A DNA stretch of 64,000 bases from Callorhinchus milii (taxonomy: Eukaryota), in assembly GCF_018977255.1 (NCBI RefSeq), contig NW_024704743.1:55740001-55804000 (forward strand). Direction: 5' to 3'. Of the stretch, positions 1 through 10,670 are shown in pieces. The first letter of the stretch is position 1; each line of letters begins with the position of its first letter. The translations under genes were made by a program, and so were the position numbers. The notes below the pieces were generated by a model. That model saw nothing but the letters and a program-made list of their open reading frames with translations, did not search any database and was not told the origin of the DNA.

Positions 1-380
1 TGGCCTACTTCCTTATAGATATTGTAATAGTTTTACTTGCTATTACAATGAAAAAGATTGATTCCGCAGTAGCTAATGTTAAACAATTAAAAGATTAAAA
101 ATGTTCTGCAAAAGTAAAACTGGATGTTTTAGCAAATCTCAGCAGCATTGTTTTGAAAGTATATGAGACTGTCTAAAGTATTGTTCATTTGTGTGACACT
201 TTTAGAAATAGAAAGTAAATCTTTTCTCGGGTTAAGATTGGAATGACCTGGTTTAAAACGACCACAAAAGAGAGGTGTAGTTTGAGCTTTAAAAAATACA
301 ATCAGCGGCAATTCGCTGAATGTCTTTTCTAACACTGAAAAATACATGATGCCTTGTTAATATTCTTCACCTTTTCACAG

Positions 381-485
381 GACACAGAGAAGACTCGAGA
401 AGTTGTGAAACGAGGAGCTTCAATTATTGAGTCATTAATAAAAGAGAGGAATCCTGCTCTAACTGGACAACTCTTTGTTGCATAA
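381..485 (+). CDS. Terminal coding exon of an unidentified gene (DTEKTREVVKRGASIIESLIKERNPALTGQLFVA*)
   Basis: Strong acceptor ttcttcaccttttcacAG at 379-380; open phase-0 frame of 34 codons ending TAA; followed by long unique 3'UTR-like sequence. Confidence 0.75.
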   Translation, partial: DTEKTREVVKRGASIIESLIKERNPALTGQLFVA

Positions 486-548
486 CAGCAACAAACTCGG
501 ACTCCAATAAGAGAGGTTGGATGGTGTTAACATTGACTGAAGGGACAC

Positions 549-563
549 ACTGCCCTCTGCTGA
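549..563 (-). promoter_or_regulatory. CTCF-like motif
   Basis: TCAGCAGAGGGCAGT on - strand matches the CCASYAGRKGGCRS core. Confidence 0.4.
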
Positions 564-2254
564 TAACAGTGAAAACTACCTGTGCAGCGCTTGAAATCAA
601 GTATTAGCAATCAGTGCTTCTGAACTTCATTGGAACCTACTAATGGTCTCGATCTTAAAGAACAAGTGTGATCATCAGTATCCCATTTAAAAATCAACGA
701 TCTTTAATATCTTCTTTTACTTTATCAAGTGCAAGGATTTTATTAATCTTGTCAATTATTCTATGTTTAGTTTAAGCCTTACTTCAAATGCGGTGTTTTC
801 GTTGAGCACTACATCCCTGTACATTCCACCTACAGATACTGCATTATCTTTATACTGGAGAATGAAGAATTTCCAGCAGTGGGATTTCACGTGTGACTGG
901 TGAATCGAGGGATCAACAGTTGCAAATCTAACAAGTAACTTTTAATGCCTAAGAGATGTGTTTGCAAGAGCATGTTACCCGGTAAAGGGACTCTCGAAAC
1001 TCCTCACTGACCACCTCAGTCCTCACTTGTAGGGTAGACAATGTGAGGATCTTCTGCCTTCTGGTTACAGTTGCAAAATTGTGACTAAGTTTGGGAAGTC
1101 TTAATGAGAAGACCAGGATGACAGTTCCAGATTAAGACGCATATCTTGAGCCAAGAAGCCAAAAACCCCATTGCAATGTGTAAGTATCTGGCACTGTCAG
1201 ATGAAGGAATGTAATAACGGAAGGAAGAGGGATTTTTGTTACTGTGTTCTGATTGTTTTTGTAACAAAATGTTTATGTTTCTCTTCCTCTTTGGTCCTTC
1301 CGTTTCATACAGATTTGATTCTTGCTGGCGATAAGGCAGTAAAGCAGTCTATATACTAGGAATGTCCCAGTGTCTCAGTAAGCGAGCACATCATTCAGCA
1401 ATGAAGTCCATCCCCTATGTCTTGCCTTTGCTTCATATTTCCACTCTTGGCTAAACTGTTTAAACCAGGAGAATCTTGATCCATGTGCCATCACTGGATT
1501 GTATGGGTGAGGTTGAATTACACACATAACAAACACACATTAGTGGCAGCGCTCTAACACACTATTAAACCAGGGAGATTGCAAATGTGACATCTGCAAA
1601 CTGGATTTTAGTCACCAGTTGTGACTTGCGATTTGCCAGTAATGGAATGTGGATTTCCACAAGAATTGTTAAAATCACAAGCCACCATAGTTTGAAAATT
1701 GCTGGCAAGAGAAAGAACTGGTCTGTGATTTGTCCTTTTTGTAAATCTTGCTGCGAATCTTTGCGATAATGGTATTCACAAAGCAGAAGTCACTATTCAT
1801 GATCAAAACTGTTTGAGAGTATTATGTTTTTGATCCCCAAGATGTAAGATGTAGTCAGTCCAATCCTATCTCAGATTTAAAATGTGTGATAATGAAGACC
1901 AATGTTCAAGTTAGTGCTCTCACTGTGAACTTAGAAAAGCTGTAATGTTCAGGTGTAATACACTGGTGGGAAGTTTGGAGGAGTTTTACATTATTTTAAA
2001 ATTAACTATATTTAATTTTCCTCTTCACTTCATAAGATTTCAAACACCTCCTGGGTCAGCTAATGGTCCTGCTAGCTTCCCTTCATGTACCCTTTAACTG
2101 TTTTGGTCGATTTCCCATTGTTTCTGAAGGGAAATGAGTGGTTCAATTTTCCACTGTGTGTGGTGTACACTATTTCCTCCTGGGTCCTGTGTTAGATCTG
2201 TATGGAAATCAAGCCCTTGGTGGCTCACTTTGTGAGTTCACTGTCTATTGTTTA

Positions 2255-2595
2255 ACAGAACCACAGACAGGAAAGGTTACAGGTTCAAACCCCGGTCTGG
2301 GTTGAGCTCGCTGCTCTCAGCCAGGGAGTACGACAGTTGGCTACAGTGCTCCTACTCTAGGGAGGGGAAAATCAGTCAGGGTTCCTGTTCCTGATTGCTA
2401 TCCCCCTGCAGGAAAGTGTGTGAGACAACAGGCTCAGGTTCAGCTGTGATGCTGTGCCCTTCACAGCTCAGTTCTCTGCAGGAGCTGATTGTCTTGGCTC
2501 ACACATGAGAAATGACATCAGTGGGTATCTGTGGACCTGAAGTCAATGTCTTCAGGAGCAGAGGGTAGAATACTGAAGCTGAGTAAGAAAAAAAT
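2255..2595 (+). mobile_element. Old tRNA-derived SINE-like element in the 3'UTR
   Basis: B-box-like GGTTCAAACCC, A-rich end; body motif cagggttcctgttcctgattgctatc recurs at about 11595 and 38560. Confidence 0.5.
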
Positions 2596-2941
2596 GAATA
2601 ACAAATTGCAGTTTTCAGAATCATGTTCATTATCTGCAACAGCACCATTCAAATGGTTCAACTAACACCCTGCCCCGCAACTTCAAGGCGTAGTGCTTTT
2701 CCCCTCCAGCTATAGCACACTTCCTGAGAGAATGTCATTGTATCAAGAGGTATGAAAAATGGCGAGTCTCATACAGTAGTCCTGTCAATTTGATTTGCAA
2801 TATTGTTTTTTTAAGAATTTTTGGCTTGTAGCTACGCCACCAAATTGCAGTCAGGAATTTTAAAGATGCTTACCAAAGGCAGGAAGTTACTTTTTTCCCT
2901 TTCAAATTGCTGTTGTAATTAGAGAATTGAAGCCAGTCGGA

Positions 2942-2947
2942 AAATAA
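2942..2947 (+). terminator. Candidate poly(A) signal AATAAA for the + strand gene
   Basis: AATAAA about 2.5 kb after the stop codon and just before the convergent - strand terminal exon. Confidence 0.35.
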
Positions 2948-3397
2948 AATTATAGTAATTTATATAAATTAAAAGACGTCTTACAGACTGATTGCCACTC
3001 GCAGTATTAAGAATGTCTGTGTTTTATTCCCTGTCAATCAACAGTAGCCTCCAGAGCATGTTCAAAGTTGACCCCAGGAGCTGTGTTCTGGGCTGTGTAT
3101 TGGAACTTGGTGTTTCCTGATTAGTGACAACACGTTGTTTTGTTACTGGGCAGGTCAGTTGTCACCAATGTAATTGCTTCACACATTCCCATGACCCCAT
3201 GCCCTCCCATTACTCGGCTCACCTCCACTTACCTTTTCTCTCCTTGGTCTGCTACGATACAAAGAAAGCAATATCAATGTTATTTTTAATGTGCACTTTT
3301 ATATCATAGGTATGAAATGTTCACGCCTCCATGATCAGAATAATTTTTCCTTTATTTTCATTCAAACGTTTATATTTGTTATCTGAAGAGACCAGAG

Positions 3398-3564
3398 TTA
3401 GAACACGGACATAGAGACTGCACCAGATCTACAAACTGGGGCAAAGAATGGGCCAAAATCATCAAACAATGATCCAGAAACTAGGAGACACCAAAGGCAA
3501 ATAAAATATTCTTGACGTGATTCAATGAGCAAGGCAGATGAAAGGAAAATGGTTGGGAAGAGAT
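3398..3564 (-). CDS. Candidate terminal exon (xLFPTIFLSSALLIESRQEYFICLWCLLVSGSLFDDFGPFFAPVCRSGAVSMSVF*)
   Basis: CTAAC branch point and tattctacAG acceptor; open for 54 codons to TAA; AATAAA on - strand at 3351-3356. Confidence 0.5.
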
Positions 3565-4567
3565 CTGTAGAATAGATCACAGTGACAACGAGAGTTAGAA
3601 AGCCACTTTCAAGTTACGTTATTTATATTTTCCACACCACAAGTGCTTGCGCTGCTGTAGTGTGTAGGTGTTTAATATGAATTTGTTGCTTTGATTTACT
3701 GATTTATTTGTTGTTAGAATACCAACCAACCCTAGGGACCCAATCACTAGTAGCATTGTATTGTAGCGGACACAGGGCTGGCAGGAACAAACACCCAACA
3801 CCAGCCACAAATCAACTTTATTGAACTGAACACAACTAGCTAGCTTTAAGCACCAAATGAGGTTCTCTGGTCTGCTGCATCAGCACCTGGTCTCCACGTA
3901 GGGAGCACTAGTCCACAACTCACAGGACCTCTTCTTTGTCCTTGGAGCTGTGGAGAATGTGCCCTCCACTCACCCAATTGTGGGCTGGCAGCACTGTGCT
4001 GGCCTTCCTGATTGACACTTATGTACCCAGGCCCCAGTGTCATGCTGCGTATGCTTTGCATAACTAGACCTTCGAGCTCACCCACCCGGCTCTGAGCAGC
4101 CCTTCTGAAAGTCCTGATCCCTCTGTAAGACTGAGCCATTATAATAGCAATAACAGTCTTATAATCGAGAAGCTTTTTCGAGGAGGAGAGGACTCTTAAT
4201 AGTAATGTTTTCTAAACACTCCATTTGATGTTTGGATTTTTGAACCCTCTACCCCCTAACCCCTCTCTTCCCCCCCCCCTCCCCCAGCCCCTACACACAC
4301 CTCATGTTGCACTCTCCGTTCATGTTATCCACCATCCCAGCTGTTTACACATCCACCTGCCAGAAAGCTTTAAATCTAAGCTTTTATTGACATGTGCTCA
4401 TGATGCATATTTCCAACAACAGTCCATTTAAATACTGATATTTATACTGGGAAGAGTTTACCGCTGCTCAACTTATGCTATTCAATTCAGAAAATATGCA
4501 CACTACAGAAATGTACATACGCACACCCATATTCTGAGTCCACTACGCTATGGAATATTTGGATTGC

Positions 4568-4925
4568 TGGAGAGTAGTGGTTAGCATGCTCACCTCGTAA
4601 GCGAAAGGACCCGGGTTGATTCCCGGATGGAGTGAAAACTTAGATAAGTTTTCTTACTCCACACGCCTCTGTTTACGTACCAGTAGAAACCCGCTTGTTA
4701 GTCGATTGGCAGATTGCTTTCCAGGGTATTAATCCCTTCAAAAAACAATAATAATAATAATTTGGTCACTACGATTGTTTGTGGGACATTGCTGTGTGCA
4801 ATTGGCTGCTGCATTTCACCCACAAAATACACTGTCAATACACATTACAGTATATTCTGTGAAGCGCTTTGAGACGTCTAAACGACGTGATAAGACACGA
4901 TATCAAATGCAAAGATTATTATTAT
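4568..4925 (+). mobile_element. tRNA-headed SINE, long subfamily
   Basis: Degenerate tRNA head, extra ~70 bp middle block, Deu-like 3' part, L2-type tail ending (ATT)n. Confidence 0.85.
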
Positions 4926-5402
4926 AAACACATGTACACACATGTTTGCACTCATACATTTAAATGGATTTGAGAAGAGCTCCATGTGGATATTTCTATT
5001 CACAAAACTATTTTGTATTTTGCCACAGTCCATGGATAACACTTGAAGTCTTTTGACATGTTCGAAATAATCTGTGCGTAGCAATACTGGAAAAAACTCT
5101 ATGCTGATCTGTACCTCAGACCATAAAATGTTAACAGCTTTTCAATTCCCAACTTGACCTGCTAAAGATCCCATGGCTTTATTTGAAAATAGAAATGCAT
5201 TCTCCGGTAGCCTGGGCAAGAACCCCCCAAATAAAATTGGTCACTCACTCTGTCGCTGTTTGTTAAACAATGCTGGGTGCAATTGTGCTACTGTGTTTGC
5301 CACAACCTTATTACCCACAGTCATTCAATTTCACAGTAAATCCAGTGAAGTACTTTCAGGCGTCCTTCCAAAGTGATAGGGTGTGATAAGGTCCTTTCGA
5401 CG

Positions 5403-5709
5403 TGATTATAATAATCCTTGCATTTGATAGAGTGCTTTTCATGTCTTCTAGACGTCTCAAAGCGCTTTACAGAATATACTGTAAAGTGAATTGACTGTTT
5501 TTGTGGGTGAAACGCGGCAGCCAATTGCGCACAGCAGTGTCCCACAAACAGTCGTGGATTGAAATGAACAATTTATTGTTTTTTTTCTTGAAGGATTATT
5601 ATCAAGCGAGTGGAGTAAGGAAACTTGCCCAAGATTTCACCCTGCCAGGAATCGAACCCATGTCTCTCGCTTGTGAGGCGAGTGCTCTAACCACTGAGCT
5701 ACAGGACTC
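5403..5709 (-). mobile_element. tRNA-Ala-headed SINE, short subfamily, full length
   Basis: Reverse complement of gagtcctgtagctcagtggttagagcactcgc...atcaaatgcaaggattatta. Confidence 0.9.
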
Positions 5710-6239
5710 TTTATTAGTTCAGTGAATTGTCAGGAAAGCAAAGAAGCTCCTCAAAGTGAAAGCTCTTGGCACTAAATACTCCACACTGACAGCCTTTCAA
5801 ACTGTTATTTTAAGCGTCAGCAGAAGAATTGAATTTTTTTGTAATTACAGTATTTATGATTGCTAATAAATCTATCATCGCCTCTCAGTGACTTTGTAAG
5901 TACTTCCTCTTGCAGGTATGTTCTCCTTTCAAGTGCTTCGAAAAATGAGTTAGGTATGCAGTCCAAAAAAAAACATAGTTTAGAGGTATTATACTGAATT
6001 AGGGAGAACTTGCAGTTGTTTGAAATGTAAGTATTTGGAGTCTCGTGTGCTGACGCAGTAGGTCAGTAAACTGAATGAGCTTTCAACTCTCGAACCTGAG
6101 CTTGAATCTAGATCTAGACCAGGCTCTCCTCTCTCTGATGCATGTAAAGGTGCAATGTAAAATGAGTTTTGGTGTAGTTTCAATATAGATTTACATTTAT
6201 GTAGCTCCTTTCAAATCGGGAGGACAGCTCAAGGCACTG

Positions 6240-7360
6240 ACAACAACAACTTGCATTTATATAGCTCCCTCCACACAGGGTAACATCTCAGAGCCCTTAA
6301 CAGTGGCGGAGTCTGACGCTGAGCCGGGAGTGGGGGGTGTTGGGCTGAGGAGGTAACCCTAAACATGGTTGTAAAGGAAGGTTTTCAGGCGGGACTTGAA
6401 AAAGGGGAGAGAGGAGGTAAGGCGGAGGGATTGAGGGAGAGTGTTCCATAGCTTCAGGGCGTAGTGACTGAAAGCGTGATCTCCAGTGCGAGGGACGAGC
6501 AGGAGGCCGGTACCAGTTGAGCAGAGGCGCTGGGTGGTGGATTGGGGAGTGAGGAAGTTGGAGATGTAGGGAGGTGCGATGGAGTGAAAGGATTTGAACA
6601 TGAGTGTGAGGATCTGGAAGTCGATCTGTTCGGTGGTAGGGAGCCAGTGGAGCCTGGCCAGAATTAGTGAGATGTGGGTACGTAGTTTGGTCTGGGTCAG
6701 TGTGCAGGCAGCAGAGTTCTGGATGAGCTGGATCTTTTGAACGGTGGAGCTGGGGAGACCGGCGAGGAGTGCGTTTGAGTAATGGGTGGATGATTTGTTA
6801 TCAGCTCCACAGGCTTCTGTCTTGTCCACATTCAAAAAGTTTATACTCATCCAGGCCCTGATGTCAGCCAGACAAGCTGATAGAACTTCGGGGTACCTGG
6901 AGTCTATGCTGAAGGAGGCAAAGTAGATTTGTTTGTAGATTTGTTTGCCATCCGCATATGTGTGGAAGTTTACCCCTTGTCTGCGGATGATATTGCCAAG
7001 AGGGAGCATATAGATGAGGAAACGAAGAGGGCCAAGGATGGAGCCCTGGGGCCCCTCACAGGTGACCGGGCGAGGGAGGGAGGAGAAACCATTTGCAGAG
7101 ATGAAGTGGAGGCAGTTGGTTAAGTAGGACTTGAACCATGCGAGTGCAGTCCCACTAAGGTAGATGAGGGAGGAGAGACGGTGGCGGAGGATGGCGTAGT
7201 CAAGTGTGTAGAACGCGCCAGAGAGATCCATGTGAACTTTGACAAGCGCTGTCCCTGTGCTGTGGGTGGAGTGAAAACCAGACTGGAGAGGCTCGTGGAG
7301 GGAGAGGTGTGACCAGGACTTTAGCAAGGAAGGGTAGGTTGGAATGGGAAGGTAGTATGA
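6240..7360 (-). mobile_element. 5'-truncated L2-clade LINE with degenerate reverse transcriptase
   Basis: ORF 6359-7429 has GPQGSILGP, YADG (YADD-like) and LHWLP motifs; 3' tail gctatataaatgcaag(TTG)n. Confidence 0.92.
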
Positions 7361-7365
7361 GATTG

Positions 7366-7668
7366 TACTGTATGGATAACAATCCTTCCATTGGATATTG
7401 CGCCTTATCAAGTGTTCGAGACGTCTCAAAGCACTTCACAGAATATACTGTAAATTTAATTGACTATCTATTTTGTGGGTGAAATGTGGCAGCCAATTGC
7501 ACACAGCAGTGTCCCACAAACAGCTGTGGATTGAGTGATCAAATTATTTTATTGATTTATTTCTTTGAAGGAATTATTACCCTCAGAAAAGCGATCTGCC
7601 AATGAATGAACAACCGGGTTCCTACTTACTGCTAGGTTAACAAGCGTGTGGAGTAAGGAAACTTGTGG
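7366..7668 (-). mobile_element. tRNA-headed SINE (long subfamily), head missing
   Basis: Matches the body and tail of the 4568 copy in reverse. Confidence 0.8.
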
Positions 7669-7889
7669 TTACACAGCACAAAGCTAACCCTAATTAATTA
7701 CTAATATAGATATTAATGCTGGCGATCTCACTCAGAGAGGACACAAAGCTGGATACCAGGTGGGAAATGTATTGATGCAGTTAAGTTCCTAAATATTTGC
7801 TCTAAGTTCCAAAATTCCACCTCGTCTTAGCTGGTCAGCCCATTTTGCTTAAAATATAAAATCACCCAGAAATGCAAAAATTTGTGGAA

Positions 7890-8040
7890 GTAGAAAGATA
7901 CTCGAATAGTAGAGATTGTTGAGAGTTATGGTGAAATATCAGGGCATTGGGATTAAACGTTCTGCCAAAATCTAATAAATTGGTGGCACAGGCTTAATGG
8001 GCTGATTGACCTCCTCCTGTTCCTGTTTTCCTATGTTCCT
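7890..8040 (+). mobile_element. CR1-type LINE 3' end
   Basis: ggcacaggcttaatgggctgattgacctcctcctgttcct...ctatgttcct tail typical of shark CR1/HE1 3' ends. Confidence 0.6.
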
Positions 8041-8149
8041 AATTTTTCATTTAGAAGCTGTTTTTCCATAGTTCTTAAAAAGCAACAACTTCCCAATTAG
8101 GGCTCAATTTATTATTTGTACACAATTATGTGTAAACTTAACTTTTGAT

Positions 8150-8527
8150 GCATAATAATAATCTTTGCATCTGATATAGCATCTGATATAGTGTCTTTTA
8201 TGCCACCTCATTGTGATGTGAATGGTGTGTTTTGTAATTGAACATGGCAGACAATTTACACACATCAATGTCCTACAGTCAGCGATGAATTGAATAACCA
8301 TTTTTATCTGGGGATTGTTGGCTTGGACACCAGGAGAAATTCCCTTCTCTTTTCCAATAGATTTTTAACATCTACGTGAACATTAACAAAGAAATTTACC
8401 CCCTACAAGGCAGCATACAACCGGAGTGTTGGTCTAGACTGTGAACTCAAAGTCCCGATGTGAAGCTTGAACCTGCAACGTTTTGACTCAGAGACAAGCG
8501 TGCTGCTAACTGAGCTGGGGTGACACA
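8150..8527 (-). mobile_element. SacSINE1-like Deu-domain SINE
   Basis: tRNA head (ctcagttagcagcacgcttgtctctgagtca...ggttcaag) plus Deu domain on - strand. Confidence 0.75.
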
Positions 8528-8791
8528 GCGTCTCAATAATAGTCTCAAAACGCTATAAAAATGCAAGTGTAGTTGTTATTTGCTTGAAAAGGAAATCTGT
8601 GATTTTTCAAAAACCCAGTTCAACTGCAGCACTATAAAATCGAATGGTATAAATTCTGATTTACAATTGATGGAGAATTAAAAAACATAAAACCAATCAA
8701 ATAAATTAAACCAACTGCAGGTTAGTCAATCACAAACATATACTTTCATTCCTAAAGTTGCCAGTATACTGATTCTTAAATGTGGGGCTGC

Positions 8792-8806
8792 AGCTCCATC
8801 TGCTGG
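8792..8806 (-). promoter_or_regulatory. CTCF-like motif
   Basis: CCAGCAGATGGAGCT on - strand. Confidence 0.4.
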
Positions 8807-9029
8807 AGGTTTTTATATGGGTTATAATGACTACCTTGCAATTGATATACTGCCTTTCACTTTGGGATGTTGTCTCACAACACATCAAAAGATTTACTGT
8901 AAAGTTAGTGGCTTTGCTGCACAAGACATTTTCCCCTGATCTCTTTCTTTCATTAGTCACTGGAAACAATTAGGAACATGATTTCCTGCAGATTTCTGCG
9001 TGCCACTTCTCATCTTCTGTAGCAGAGAG

Positions 9030-9420
9030 CAACAAGATTACATTTGTACAGCGCCTTTCACGTCGGGAGGACGTCCCAAGGCGCTGGACAGTGTACAGCA
9101 TTTCAGACCAGAGCTGGGATCAGGGAGGGAGAAGGGAGGGGAGGGGAAAGGGGGTGGCCGATGGCATGGTCGAAGAGAAGGGTCTTGAGGTGGGACTTGA
9201 AGGAGGCTAAGGAGGGGGTGAGGCGGAATGATTGGGGGATGGAATTCCAGAAGTTGGGGGCAGAGTGGCTGAAGGCTCTCCCGTCAATGGTGGAGTGGGT
9301 GGGTTGGGGGACATGGAGCAGCCCAGAGCCGGCTGAGCAGAGGAAGCGGGCGGGTTGGTAGGGGGTTAGGAGGTCACAGAGGTAGAGTGGGGCGAGGCCA
9401 TGGAGGGCTTTGAGAGCGAT
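9030..9420 (-). mobile_element. L2 LINE 3' fragment
   Basis: ORF 9103-9456 KALHGLAPLYLCDLL...FKSHLKTLLF; L2 tail. Confidence 0.9.
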
Positions 9421-9692
9421 ATTTTTTGTAGAACTGTTCTGTGAAGCGACACTCAAATGTTGCCTGTGGAGCTGTTAAGAAATTATCTAAAATCTGTTAG
9501 CACTAAGGTGGAATTGAAGATGACAGACTGATTTTCAAAAGAGGTTTTTGACTAAACCATGGTGCTGGAAGTTGGGGAGGAGAGCGGTGTTTACTCCCAA
9601 ACCTGTGAACAGTTAAATTGAATTGCAATCTTCTGGTAGTTAGTAAACCTTTTCTTAATTAAAGAATGTAATACGTTTAGGGACACTACAAT

Positions 9693-10010
9693 TGGAGTCC
9701 TGTAGCTCAGTGGTTAGAGCACTCGCTTTGCAAGCGAGAGACCTCAGTTCAATTCCAGGCAGGGCGAAACCTTGGGCAAGTTTCCTTACCCCACACGCCT
9801 GATAATAATCCCTCCAAAAAAACAAAATAATAATAAATTGGTCATTTTCAATCTACAACTTTATGGGACATTGCTGTGTGCAATTGGCTGCCGCGTTCGC
9901 CCACAAATATACAGTCAATTCACTTTACAGTGTGTTCTGTGAAGCGCTTTGGGACGTCCTCCCGACGTGAAAAGCGCTATATCAAATGCAAGGATTATTA
10001 TTATTATTAC
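9693..10010 (+). mobile_element. tRNA-Ala-headed SINE, full length
   Basis: A box tagctcagtgg, anticodon arm ctcgc-tttgcaa-gcgag, B box gttcaattcc, (ATT)n tail. Confidence 0.92.
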
Positions 10011-10099
10011 ACTGCAATTCCAAAACCCAGGACTGAAAGAGCCCACATTGAGCTGGCCACTAGACGATGCCCAAGTATGCATATTCACCTAAAATTAGT

Positions 10100-10670
10100 T
10101 TGGATGACGAAGGCCTTTCAGCCCATCTGATCTCATCACCATCCTCCCATCCCAGCATCAAGCTATTTTTTAAATGAATCCAGTGTCTTGGTCTCAACCA
10201 TCCTTCCTGGCAACTTGTCCCAGTCATTAATTACCCTCGGTATAAAGAAATACATCCTGGTCGTTGTGATAGAATTATCCTTTGCAACTCTAAACCTATG
10301 TCCTCTTGTTCTACTGTCTTGGCACATCCTAAAGTATGGTTCCTGGTAACTTTTTTCAATCTCATTTAAAATTGTATACGCCTCTATAAGATCCCCTTTG
10401 AGGATTTTTAGTCGAATCGTTGCTTATAGCTTATGCCTCTAACATTGGGGATCATTCTTGCTGCTTATCCACTGCACTGCCTCTAGGGCCTAAGCAGCCC
10501 CTCTATGTAACAGAGACCAGGATTGTAGGCAGTACTCTAGGTGCAGCCTAATCAGGGCACAGTATAGCTTGAGAATGGCGTTTGGGGATCTAAAATTAAC
10601 TGATTTAGCAATTTAACCCTGCATCCTGTTTACCTTGTTTATTGCTGCCTCACATTGTTTTGTCATTGTG
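10100..10670 (-). mobile_element. CR1 LINE 3' fragment
   Basis: Reverse of gagatcagatgggctgaaaggccttc 3'UTR motif plus degenerate ORF2 end; related pieces at about 12150-12320 (-), 13940-14065 (+), 25960-26085 (+). Confidence 0.75.

Noticed and set aside
6359..7429. 356 aa ORF as a host gene
   Set aside because: Degenerate L2 RT (YADG, internal deletions) whose start lies in an adjacent SINE
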